From IMG/VR virus record IMGVR_UViG_3300047564_002075: a stretch of DNA of 64,000 bases. One strand, 5' to 3'. Of the stretch, positions 48,501 to 56,898 are shown one piece after another. The translations under genes were made by a program, and so were the position numbers. Positions within the stretch are counted from its first letter, which is position 1. Every line of letters starts with the position of its first letter. The notes beneath the pieces were generated by a model that was not told the DNA's origin, did no database searches, and was given only the letters and a program-made list of their open reading frames with translations. Source of the DNA: an uncultured virus (IMG/VR IMGVR_UViG_3300047564_002075). Lineage: Duplodnaviria; Heunggongvirae; Uroviricota; Caudoviricetes.

Positions 48501-48776
48501 TTGTTTTACTTTGAATAATTCATCTGCAACTTTTTTAACTTCAATTAATTTTTCAATGACTCTAAAATTATATCTCTTAACCAAAGCTCCGGCGCCACCA
48601 TCATCTCCCCCTCCACCATTTCGTTTCATCAAAGCAGAATCTTTTCTTGCACTAACATACCCAGACCTTGGCTTTCTCCCAAGAGACTTTCTAAAAGCTT
48701 CCTTTCTCTGTTCTGGAGTGAGGTACTTTCCAGTTTTTGGATCTACACCAGATTGTGCAATTGAGTTTAAGTCCAT
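45591..48776 (-). CDS. tape-measure/hub-like protein with lysozyme-like and CHAP/NlpC domains
   Basis: Amphipathic helical middle; IAGIESGG...GRYQ; CASWV...GDVV...THVSI. Confidence 0.75.
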   Translation of the reverse strand: MDLNSIAQSGVDPKTGKYLTPEQRKEAFRKSLGRKPRSGYVSARKDSALMKRNGGGGDDGGAGALVKRYNFRVIEKLIEVKKVADELFKVKQERVRLESKFAEAQRVAREKSKRKKEESGMESRPSGGKNILTGFATDAAAKVGGGLFGILKALISYAILDFISKPENRNMVEGFVKLFMGIFKFFDFYVGSMVGNLLGGFTRLFGGGSILERVFGGLQLLLGVFLFKGFTRVLNPLKLIGDIKWALKNASNFKDLFKSLFSKNLAGVGDAIKQIFPKTASIFKKGLQGALQRVFLKVFGKNIFTFLKPFVGQVTKTLVRPLAKLVTRVPVVGTLLAIPINMFLGDPIDKAAVKAIGAGIGTFVVGALGSIVPGAGTVLGAIAGGLLGDFLAGWLYDSVIAPLGKTIFGGKKDQPQLNTGGIASGPESGYDVTLHGTEAVIPIDKLKDIALKPYKTVASIIIGSTMAVLKSMGAVGSMLSPLALQMFNPFIRVFGISVETFSSGLGKGVDLFMSPAAAKESADPSDYLTDKEDPYKPAGGGMGGRRGSGASPSTDPGGSPAPGMAENTKGAPYEFVQSKLGANKQQWDIFRNTIAGIESGGKYDIAGGSGGHYDGRYQLGAAAKTDGARAAGLKDPGHSASAREAFRKNADLQEKLFAGYTLANHNYLMGNKKYKDAAIERKLEILGYAHNQGMGGAEKWLNTGQVGADGFGTKGTKYTDALAANFRKANMTPKKGASSGGVVPLMAQGGEVEDPGVLRLFDKKGRDVKNTAPGHSEGGLLQLASGGIIQSAKKAVAEGRRGPATPPCASWVRMVLGMAGHPAAEKVTQKGDLDPDGTAYSGRNFAASFAGSDMGAVIRSQSALQPGDVVLHKNTYGNYTPGAITHVSIASDKPGKILHQSTSGGAPKEGGIWNFAAGIRLGGSGTVGASDTESGTSGSSSGGGGGQSTSAPEPSLDIGMLRDLFTMLTGRAPGPATPAPPVPPSTPAPPAPKLPTPTPSRSTSLPSMSSQFTLDKKMSAAHGVEIPTMIINKSMNYNGSTFHMGNLNNMTVSETANLNLL

Positions 48777-48782
48777 TGGTTA

Positions 48783-51700
48783 TTAGAGATTAGTTTTAAA
48801 TACAGACCAATTACCATCTCTTGGTAGAGTTTCTCCAAGACTAGCAGTATCAAATGATTGTTTTACGTTTGATTCCATTTGACCAGCGGCATTAATAACA
48901 GAAACTCCACTACCAGCTCCAGCCCCAAATGCAGAAGTAATAAGGTTCTCTGTCTGTAGTGATTTAAATGCACCTGAGTAATTGGGGACTGCATTCAATC
49001 CTGGTACAAGACTTGTGCCTGCATTAAATGCAACATCAGTTATAGATTTTCCATCTAACAAACCACCCAATGCACTACCGGCTGCAGAACCAAGTGGTCC
49101 GCCAAATATTCCCCCAGCAATACTACCAAGTCCACCAAATAACCCAGAACCTCCACCACCAAACATTCCACCAAATAACCCACCGCCAGAAGATCCCGAT
49201 CCTGGGCCGCCATTTAACATAGCATTCAAATCTTTTAACATATCTATAGTTAATGCGGGGGATCCTCCTCCGCCTCCACCACCGCCTGTGGCTCCACCTC
49301 CAGACCCAGCAGTATCTGGTTGAGTTCCATCTTGATTTCCTTGATTTTTAGAATCTCCTGGAGCAATTCCAGCACCTTTAAATTCAAAGTGTCCACCATG
49401 AGATCCTGGATAATCATTTGGAACCCAACCATACTTAGATCCGTTTGCACGTATCCATGAACCAGAAGATCCATGAATATCCATCGCTACACCATACATG
49501 TGTTTTGAACCACTGGCGCCACCGACAGCTTTATTTTTGGCAGGACTTCTCTTACTACTTGCAACATCAGATCCCTTAACCTTTCCACCAGATGCAGTCA
49601 TCATCTGAGCAAATGCTTGTGCTGCTGGTTGAGAGAAAACAATTGGTCTTCCCTGTTGATCCGATGCGCCCTTAATAGTATATCCTGGGCCAGTATCCCA
49701 TACACCATCAGTCTTAACGACTCCACCAGAAGCATAAGGAAGTGCATATCCACCGTTCTTAGCTTCTCTGATTCTTCTACCAACCAATCCACCATTACTT
49801 CTAGTGGATGGAGTATCAAATGGAATCACAAAAGCACTGGATACACTTCCACCAGAAGCTTTCTTGAATCCAACCCACTCAGTTCCATGACCAATAAATG
49901 AAGTTGATTTTCCTCCATCAAGAGATACTGGATAACCTGACTGTGGACCAGTGATCCATCCACCTTCCTTCTTAGATGGCATAAACTTTTTGTATGCGCC
50001 AGTCTTATGAACAGTCCAGGCATTCCATCCCTGACTATCCTTAATCATCTTAGCAGCCTTGGCGTTGGTTGCAGGATCAAACAGTTGTTCGTTTGATGAA
50101 ATACCTAACTGTTTTCTTCTTGCAGGTCCAAGGTTTCCGATCATATTGATCTGCCAGAGACCATATGAATTATCTGGCGGAGTAGAATTATGAGCTCTTG
50201 GATTTCCAGAAGATTCTGCCATCGCAATTGCAGCCATTCTGGATGCATCTGCATCATTAAATCCTGCATTTCTTGCGTATGTTTTTAATTGTTCAAAATT
50301 AAGAGAACCACCTGGCGCACCTGGAGCAGTTCCACCAGGAGTCCCACCAGGAGAAGATCCATCAGCAGCAGGAGATGAACCATCAGAACCAGTACTGGAT
50401 GGATATGGAGACTCTTTTCCAGTCAACATAGAAAACAAATTTCCAACATTACCAGAGTTTACATCTTCTTTTTTTCCTGCAGTTTGTGAAGTAGATCCAC
50501 CAGTCTTTGACTCTGGTTTCTTTTCTGTTTCTTCCTTCTTTTCTTTTGGTGCCTTTCCAGATAGTACACCAGCAATTGATGGTGGTAAATCAAACTTGGA
50601 AATAATACTCTGTAGTAATGGATTTATAAATGGACCTACACCAGGAATCTTACCAATGGTATTCATGGTAAGTGCAATTAATCCTGCACCAACCAACTTG
50701 AATGGCATCGTCAATAAATCCATAAACATCTTGGATGTCTTCTTGACTGAAGACAGTATTCCAGATGCTTCAGCAATATCATCTAATGGTTCAACAGAAA
50801 CTCCAGACCCACCTTTGGTTGGACCGACTACACCACCTTCTCTTAGTTGCGGTTTATCTTTATTTCCACCACCAAACATCCCACCAACCATATTGGTGAG
50901 AGCACCAATAGGATTCAATACCGCACTTGCAATACCTTTGATTGCATTACCAGCTTGAGCTATTGGATTTGGTTTTTGTTCTCCAGCTCCTGGTTGTCCT
51001 GTTGGGGAGATACTTGCAGCTTCTGTCTCTTGATCTTTTTTATCTCCACCAAGACCGAAAAGGTTCTTTATACCATCTTGAATTATCTTTCCAGCAGCAT
51101 CAGCTAATCCGAACGTTAGGAAGTTGATAAGTGAAGATAGTATATCTGGGATTACCTTTAATAAAGTTTTTGGAATGTTCAATATCCCATCAATAAACTC
51201 CTTGGGATTTGTCAACCACTTCAAAGATATCAAATCAATGAGAGACTTCGCCAAGTCCATAAACAAATTCAATCCACCACCAAGAATAGATTGAATTAAT
51301 TTTGTAAATGGACCAATGAATCTTTCATGAAGTAGTTGGAACATCTTAACTACATTCATGAAGAACTGGATAGTTCCTTGAATTAATTTTTTATTCTCTG
51401 GTTTTGATAACCAATCTAATATTTTATACTTTATAAATGTACCTACTAAATTTTTTATGAAGTCAAATATACCACCAAAAGCTTTAGTTGCTTTCTTAAC
51501 TATTGGATTCTTTTCTGCTTTGTCGGATTCTTTTTTAGATTTCTCTTGTTGATCTTGCTCAGAAGTTCTTGCGTCTTGTTCCGAAGATCTTGCAAAACTT
51601 AATACTTGATTTCTTACTGCTTCTAAAGATTCTCTTTCCAATTCCAACATTCGTTGGAGGATTCTTTTTATCTCATCTAACCTATCAACAACCTGATCTC

Positions 51701-52142
51701 CACTCTTAGTGATCGCAGTTGATTCTCTACTTGTTAATGGACTACCACCGAATGGAACTATAGCACCTCCTCCTCCATCTCCAGCACCAGTTGCTCCTTT
51801 GACTGCACTAGCGAATCCTTCTACTACACTTACCTTTACTGGTTCTATTGTCTGATCTACATCTGTACCACCCATGCCGCCGGCACCACGGCGGCCCCCA
51901 CCGAGAGCTGTACCCAGAAGGTCATCACCCAAGTTTCTAACGAGTCTCCCAGCACCCCTGACACCTGTACGAAGTCCCCTCGCAATACCTGCCCTGGCTC
52001 CTCTACCGATCCCTGCTCTCGCCCCCATACGGACACCAGCACGAGCGACACCGCGAGACGCCATTCCTAGACCGGCTCTACCAGCGGCCATTAATCCTGT
52101 TCTTCCCAGTAGAGCCCCAATTCCTAGAAGTGGTACTGCCAT
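48783..52142 (-). CDS. tape-measure/hub-like protein with lytic transglycosylase and M15 peptidase domains
   Basis: AIAMAESSGN...YGLWQIN; R...SKHMYGVAMDI...HFE. Confidence 0.75.
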   Translation of the reverse strand: MAVPLLGIGALLGRTGLMAAGRAGLGMASRGVARAGVRMGARAGIGRGARAGIARGLRTGVRGAGRLVRNLGDDLLGTALGGGRRGAGGMGGTDVDQTIEPVKVSVVEGFASAVKGATGAGDGGGGAIVPFGGSPLTSRESTAITKSGDQVVDRLDEIKRILQRMLELERESLEAVRNQVLSFARSSEQDARTSEQDQQEKSKKESDKAEKNPIVKKATKAFGGIFDFIKNLVGTFIKYKILDWLSKPENKKLIQGTIQFFMNVVKMFQLLHERFIGPFTKLIQSILGGGLNLFMDLAKSLIDLISLKWLTNPKEFIDGILNIPKTLLKVIPDILSSLINFLTFGLADAAGKIIQDGIKNLFGLGGDKKDQETEAASISPTGQPGAGEQKPNPIAQAGNAIKGIASAVLNPIGALTNMVGGMFGGGNKDKPQLREGGVVGPTKGGSGVSVEPLDDIAEASGILSSVKKTSKMFMDLLTMPFKLVGAGLIALTMNTIGKIPGVGPFINPLLQSIISKFDLPPSIAGVLSGKAPKEKKEETEKKPESKTGGSTSQTAGKKEDVNSGNVGNLFSMLTGKESPYPSSTGSDGSSPAADGSSPGGTPGGTAPGAPGGSLNFEQLKTYARNAGFNDADASRMAAIAMAESSGNPRAHNSTPPDNSYGLWQINMIGNLGPARRKQLGISSNEQLFDPATNAKAAKMIKDSQGWNAWTVHKTGAYKKFMPSKKEGGWITGPQSGYPVSLDGGKSTSFIGHGTEWVGFKKASGGSVSSAFVIPFDTPSTRSNGGLVGRRIREAKNGGYALPYASGGVVKTDGVWDTGPGYTIKGASDQQGRPIVFSQPAAQAFAQMMTASGGKVKGSDVASSKRSPAKNKAVGGASGSKHMYGVAMDIHGSSGSWIRANGSKYGWVPNDYPGSHGGHFEFKGAGIAPGDSKNQGNQDGTQPDTAGSGGGATGGGGGGGGSPALTIDMLKDLNAMLNGGPGSGSSGGGLFGGMFGGGGSGLFGGLGSIAGGIFGGPLGSAAGSALGGLLDGKSITDVAFNAGTSLVPGLNAVPNYSGAFKSLQTENLITSAFGAGAGSGVSVINAAGQMESNVKQSFDTASLGETLPRDGNWSVFKTNL

Positions 52143-52143
52143 A

Positions 52144-52332
52144 CTATCCGTTCATCCTTTGTTTTTGTCTTTCGTTTTCTTCTTTGATGTATTCCATCAA
52201 CATAGTAACGTACACTTCTCTTTCCCAAGGAATCATATTTTCAAGTTCAGTTAGACTGTACTTGTGGTGCTGCATGAGAGCAAAATTTACTGTATAGAAA
52301 TTTTCAATACTCTCATGAGCTAGTGCTATACG
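52144..52332 (-). CDS. gp51: gp51-like baseplate assembly protein, probably reached by -1 frameshift from gp26
   Basis: Frame RIALAHESIENFYTVNFALMQHHKYSLTELENMIPWEREVY...; first ATG only at 52275. Confidence 0.8.
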   Translation of the reverse strand, partial: RIALAHESIENFYTVNFALMQHHKYSLTELENMIPWEREVYVTMLMEYIKEENERQKQRMNG

Positions 52333-53039
52333 AAAAAAGACGCAAGACCCTCAATTACAATCTCGTTCTCCTTTCCAGTTTCTGGATTGGTGACAGTAAT
52401 AGTATGAGAAAGTTTTGGCATTGTTTCAAAGAATTTTTGAACACTCAAGAATTGTTGAGTACTCATCTCTTCTAAGAATGCAAGAAGTTCTTTTTTAGAA
52501 AAGTTACCAGCTTCATATACATCTTCACCCTCTACGATTTGAGAGATACATGATGCAGCAATTTCAAAAACATCATCAACATTAGAAGTTTGGGAGATGT
52601 TGTTCTTTACAAATAGTTCCATACTTGGATACTTCATCACCATGGAAACACCACCACCAAGATCAATGATATTAGAATGTTCCTTATCTTTCTGAACTTT
52701 GATATCATCAATATCAATAGAGAATGGAACAACAGTCACTCCATCATCTGGACATGTTACGTTAAGTTCAATCTCTTCACCAACAGACTTACCACGAATG
52801 TTTAAGAAGAGATATTCAATGTCAAAAAGAGCAAGATCTTCAACCTTAATCTTTGCGGTCTGAATACAATTCTTCAGAATCACTTTAACCGCTTCAGTCA
52901 TCTGTTTTTCATCTTCAGATTCCATAGCAAGTAGAAGAATTTTTTCTTCTTTAACTAGGAATGGGCGATACTTAATCTTTTGTCCTGTTGATGGAAGTTC
53001 CAACTCATATGTTGGCGTAACAAGTTTTGGTAAAGGCAT
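52326..53039 (-). CDS. gp26: baseplate hub assembly chaperone gp26
   Basis: MPLPKL..PTYELELPS...YRPFLVKEEKILL...FLNIRGKSVGE...FFETMPKL. Confidence 0.92.
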   Translation of the reverse strand: MPLPKLVTPTYELELPSTGQKIKYRPFLVKEEKILLLAMESEDEKQMTEAVKVILKNCIQTAKIKVEDLALFDIEYLFLNIRGKSVGEEIELNVTCPDDGVTVVPFSIDIDDIKVQKDKEHSNIIDLGGGVSMVMKYPSMELFVKNNISQTSNVDDVFEIAASCISQIVEGEDVYEAGNFSKKELLAFLEEMSTQQFLSVQKFFETMPKLSHTITVTNPETGKENEIVIEGLASFFV

Positions 53040-53081
53040 GACAACTCCTTATGATATAGAATAATTATCTGAAGTTATTTA

Positions 53082-53948
53082 TCAACCATTGACAGCATCA
53101 AGAATGTTGCCAAAGACACTACCAGATCCAGTCAATGCAGTTGTGGTATAAGTTTCATATTCAAACGTAACAGATAATTTTGCCAAAGATGATGCACCAG
53201 AATTTAAAGGAACCGATGCAATGTTTGAAGGGAATGCTTTGAACATTCTAGTAGAATGAACTGCAGTTGCTTTATAGAACCTGGACAGTTCATCTCCTTC
53301 ACCTGGAGCTTGAGGAAAATCTGGAATGATTTCTTTCTTAGTAAATGCTTTCAACTTAACATTACTAAAGTTCTTTTTGCTGCTAGGTGGTTTTTCATAT
53401 TTGATTACGATAATATCAATTGCATAATCATCACGATATCTGGTTCTAAGTCTATGATTAATATTATTTGGATTGACCAAAAATTGTTGTACTGAACTTG
53501 TGTCTACATTATTATCAACTGCATATCCATACATGAAAGCAGTCCAGATATCAAATACTTTTTTGATTGTTGAATTGGCATCCATGATAAATGAAAAGTT
53601 TGTTTCACTAAAAACAGAACCATATGCATACTTTAATTGTGGAGTATTGTTAATTCTATACTCACCTGTTGTCATTTGAATGCCTGGAATTGAACACTCG
53701 TCTGTATACAACCTCATCAGACGAGTTGTATCACTTACAGTTCCTCCGAAGTCAGAACTAAATTTACTAACAATTGAAGAGTACAGTGGAGAGTTTGCAT
53801 TGATTTCAAAAATTACATCATAAAAGTTATTGATACTGAAACCATAAGTTTGTACCGCAGTTTTAAATTCTGCGTAGTTGGTCATTTCAATATCACTGTT
53901 TAAAACAGAAATATTATATGGATTAAAGATATCGTTTATTGTACTCAT
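53082..53948 (-). CDS. tail tube initiator gp54-like (gp19/gp54 fold)
   Basis: SIPG...YG.VF...FIMD...AFPSNI..VPL...LSVTFEY. Confidence 0.6.
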   Translation of the reverse strand: MSTINDIFNPYNISVLNSDIEMTNYAEFKTAVQTYGFSINNFYDVIFEINANSPLYSSIVSKFSSDFGGTVSDTTRLMRLYTDECSIPGIQMTTGEYRINNTPQLKYAYGSVFSETNFSFIMDANSTIKKVFDIWTAFMYGYAVDNNVDTSSVQQFLVNPNNINHRLRTRYRDDYAIDIIVIKYEKPPSSKKNFSNVKLKAFTKKEIIPDFPQAPGEGDELSRFYKATAVHSTRMFKAFPSNIASVPLNSGASSLAKLSVTFEYETYTTTALTGSGSVFGNILDAVNG

Positions 53949-54496
53949 TGATTAGTTTCTCCCCAGACGGCTGATTTGCTATACTGCTGATACATACCTT
54001 TTCTTCGTGTAACAAAATTCTCAACGGGAAGAAATATGGCGGTCTTATAGTCTTCTCTATTTATTTTGAATAGTGGTGTTTCTAAACCAGATAGTACATA
54101 ATAATGATAACACTGTTTGGGAAATTTGGCTCTACCTTTTTCAAGTCCTAACACCACATTCATTCTAGACCTATGATTTAGATAATGTAAGTTTGCACCA
54201 TAGAATTTCTTACCACCTTCCAATACATATACCAAAGGAAACTCATCATAATATTTTAACTTCTGTGCATACATTGCTTTATATTCAAACATGTAAAGTT
54301 CACCTCCAGAAGGAATCATCGTGTCCTCCAAAGTTCCCATTGTCTGATATACATCACTCTTTGTAGCGAGAGATCTTACAGTATCTCTGTACCAAGAATA
54401 TGATCTTGGTTCTGTCCCCGCAAGTTGACGAACTTCTTGGAACAGAGTTAAATTATTATTCTTGGTTACTGAGTCTCCGCCTCTAAGTTGTGTCAT
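53945..54496 (-). CDS. gp2: DNA end protector gp2-like
   Basis: LYMFEY...YYDEFPLV...GANLHYL...LPVENF. Confidence 0.8.
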   Translation of the reverse strand: MTQLRGGDSVTKNNNLTLFQEVRQLAGTEPRSYSWYRDTVRSLATKSDVYQTMGTLEDTMIPSGGELYMFEYKAMYAQKLKYYDEFPLVYVLEGGKKFYGANLHYLNHRSRMNVVLGLEKGRAKFPKQCYHYYVLSGLETPLFKINREDYKTAIFLPVENFVTRRKGMYQQYSKSAVWGETNQ

Positions 54497-54933
54497 ACTT
54501 TTAGTTCGTCTTCTGTGATTATTTTAAACTGCATTCTATTATCTTCACAGAATTCTTTTGCGGCTTCCCACTTAGCCTGATTCTTTACATACTCAGAAAC
54601 TTCATAGAGATATGATTTAGTCATTCTCTGTTGTTTCTTTGGTTCCTTAGTTTGTTTCTTTGGTTTTACTTCCACCAAATACTTTTGAATATTACCATTG
54701 ACATCTCTAACTTTGATATAAAAATCAACAAAGTATCTGTGAATCTTTCCATCCAATGGAGACCTATAGGGGATGGCAATTTCTTCACTGCCCCACTCAA
54801 GAATATTTTGATTCAAGTCACAGTATTTCATGAACTTTAATTCCCAAGAAGACCTATAAATAATGTTACGATAGTCTCCTCTGTACTTTGATGTATTTCT
54901 AGGAATAAATTTTCCCTTCAAAGTATTTGTCAT
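54493..54933 (-). CDS. gp4: head completion nuclease gp4
   Basis: KYRGD...YRSSWE...WGSEE..IPY...HRYFVDF...EVKP...NQAKW. Confidence 0.92.
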   Translation of the reverse strand: MTNTLKGKFIPRNTSKYRGDYRNIIYRSSWELKFMKYCDLNQNILEWGSEEIAIPYRSPLDGKIHRYFVDFYIKVRDVNGNIQKYLVEVKPKKQTKEPKKQQRMTKSYLYEVSEYVKNQAKWEAAKEFCEDNRMQFKIITEDELKV

Positions 54934-54963
54934 ATAAAGAATAATACACCTCAGGAAATATTT

Positions 54964-55944
54964 ATGGCAACCGCATCAAAGTCATACAGTAGAAGTAGAG
55001 CATCAATTGATAAGTTGATGTGGCCTGCCAATCTTACTAGTGTATTTGATTATTTGCAGATTGATATCGTTGAATTTATTCCTATTGCACAAGCAACTTC
55101 AACCACAGCAAGTAATACAACCACTCCATCAGCACCAGTTTCTGCGAGTTCTATAACTTCTGGTATTGTATCAATTGCAGGAGGTCTAATTAATGGTGGA
55201 CTCAGTAATGTTCAGTTATCAAATCCACAAGCAGATGTAAAGCAAACAGTTCTCTTACCAGTACCAGAGAATTTAAATTATACTGATGCGTTAAAATGGA
55301 ATGAAGTTGATATTGGAGTTATGGGCAAAATGTTACCTGGACTTGCCGCTGGAGTTCTAGGTGGAGATGCAGGTGGTGCAACGAATGCAATTCAAAATTT
55401 GGCAAAGGGTGGAAAGATAGGAGTAATTCTTGAAGCAATAAAAAGTATGGGTTTGAATGCCAATGCCATTACACAGGGGATTGGTGGGAAAATTGCAAAC
55501 CCATATACTGAACAAATTTTTGAAGGTATTAATATGAGAAACTTTGACTTGAGTTGGAAGTTAGTTCCAAGGAGTCAACCAGAACAAATAAAAATATATG
55601 AAATGATTAAAGAGATAAGAAAATATGCATTGCCAAACTACTCTGGTACTCTAGGTGGAACTGGATTGGAATCTAATGCAGGAGATACTCTTTCAGATAG
55701 ATGGTTAGAAGTTCCATACATATTCAGACTGAGTTGGAAAAAACCAGGGGGAGGAGAACTGGTATCACTACCAAAGATCAAACCATGTGTTCTAAAAAAT
55801 ATTCAAGTTTCTTATACACCAGACAATGTATGGGCAACTCACATGGTAAATAGTTCTGATCCATATCCAGTCGCATACAACATAACGATGAATTTCACAG
55901 AAACAGAAATCATCACCAGGAACGATGTAGAAAGCGGGTACTAA
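54964..55944 (+). CDS. gp48: baseplate tail-tube cap gp48
   Basis: NPYTEQIFEG...RNF...W.LVP...KPCVL.NI.V.YTP...FTETEII; plus-strand TATAAATA at 54855-54862. Confidence 0.85.
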   Translation: MATASKSYSRSRASIDKLMWPANLTSVFDYLQIDIVEFIPIAQATSTTASNTTTPSAPVSASSITSGIVSIAGGLINGGLSNVQLSNPQADVKQTVLLPVPENLNYTDALKWNEVDIGVMGKMLPGLAAGVLGGDAGGATNAIQNLAKGGKIGVILEAIKSMGLNANAITQGIGGKIANPYTEQIFEGINMRNFDLSWKLVPRSQPEQIKIYEMIKEIRKYALPNYSGTLGGTGLESNAGDTLSDRWLEVPYIFRLSWKKPGGGELVSLPKIKPCVLKNIQVSYTPDNVWATHMVNSSDPYPVAYNITMNFTETEIITRNDVESGY

Positions 55945-55945
55945 A

Positions 55946-56866
55946 ATGTTTTTTAATTCAATCCCAGATTTTTTATATCCAGACTTTAAAGTTGCTGGAA
56001 AATATAAACTCTCTAAAAACATTTTTAGACGAGTAAGAGCAAGAGATAGTTTCAATGCAATATATACTACCTCAACATCGTATACGATTCAAGATGGAGA
56101 GACACCAGATAGTATAGCATATAAAGAGTATGGAGATTCCGAGTGGTTCTGGACCATCTTAATACTCAATAACATCATAGACATACATGATATGTGGCCA
56201 ATGGCTGCAGACGAACTTGACAAGTACATCCAGAAAAAATATAACGGATACGAAAACAAACCTCGTTACTGGGAAACTACAGAAATTAAAAACTTCAATG
56301 GTGAAGTTGTAATTCCAAATGGAATCATTGTTGAATTATTCCAAGACAAACCAGAACAAAGTTTAGTAGATTACAAACCACAACTACTTAAAGAGTCTCT
56401 TAGATTTGTTTCGCAGTTTTCTCCAAAGGGTTCTACTACCATTGAACTTGGCAGTGCAGAGAACCTTCTTCCTGGAGATCTATTAAATGCACAGTATGAT
56501 ACTAGGATCACAAATATAAATGGAACTACCATTACAATTGATAGACCATTAGAATATAATGTCTTCCCTGGTTATGCGATTAAGTTTACAAGATATGATG
56601 ACTGGACAAGAGAGTACATTTATAATATATCAAAAGACTCTGATGGTAATATCATCTCAATGGTAAAGAGAGTTGCAACTGCAGACACTCTCAGGGAAGT
56701 TACCAACAGAGATTATGAATATGAATTAAATGAACTGAAGAGAGAAATTAAATTACCGAAGAGAAATTTCTTATCCACAATGGAACGAGAACTAATTCAG
56801 TTAATGGAATACGATACCACTTATAAGTTATCAGCAGAAGGATATAGAATCTCAGAAGAGCCATAA
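55946..56866 (+). CDS. gp53: baseplate wedge gp53
   Basis: KNIFRR...YTIQDGETPD.IAYK.YGD...W.IL.LNNI...EYE.NE.KR.I. Confidence 0.88.
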   Translation: MFFNSIPDFLYPDFKVAGKYKLSKNIFRRVRARDSFNAIYTTSTSYTIQDGETPDSIAYKEYGDSEWFWTILILNNIIDIHDMWPMAADELDKYIQKKYNGYENKPRYWETTEIKNFNGEVVIPNGIIVELFQDKPEQSLVDYKPQLLKESLRFVSQFSPKGSTTIELGSAENLLPGDLLNAQYDTRITNINGTTITIDRPLEYNVFPGYAIKFTRYDDWTREYIYNISKDSDGNIISMVKRVATADTLREVTNRDYEYELNELKREIKLPKRNFLSTMERELIQLMEYDTTYKLSAEGYRISEEP

Positions 56867-56895
56867 AAAAGGGGGTCACATGACCCCCTTTAAAA
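56865..56895. terminator. bidirectional intrinsic terminator
   Basis: AAAAAA-GGGGGTCA-CA-TGACCCCC-TTT between convergent gp53 and gp32. Confidence 0.88.
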
Positions 56896-56898
56896 TTA

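Noticed and set aside
48982..49323. Pro-rich plus-strand ORFs (also 31337-31552, 51874-52254)
   Set aside because: They are antisense reflections of Gly-rich minus-strand proteins.
52144..52275. gp51 as a pseudogene or sequencing frameshift
   Set aside because: gp26 ends at its expected C-terminus and the gp51 frame is intact; the slippery site plus hairpin fits recoding better. Independent initiation at 52275 is not excluded.
54855..54966. Face-to-face late promoters between gp4 and gp48 as a novelty
   Set aside because: This is an expected consequence of compact divergent late genes.
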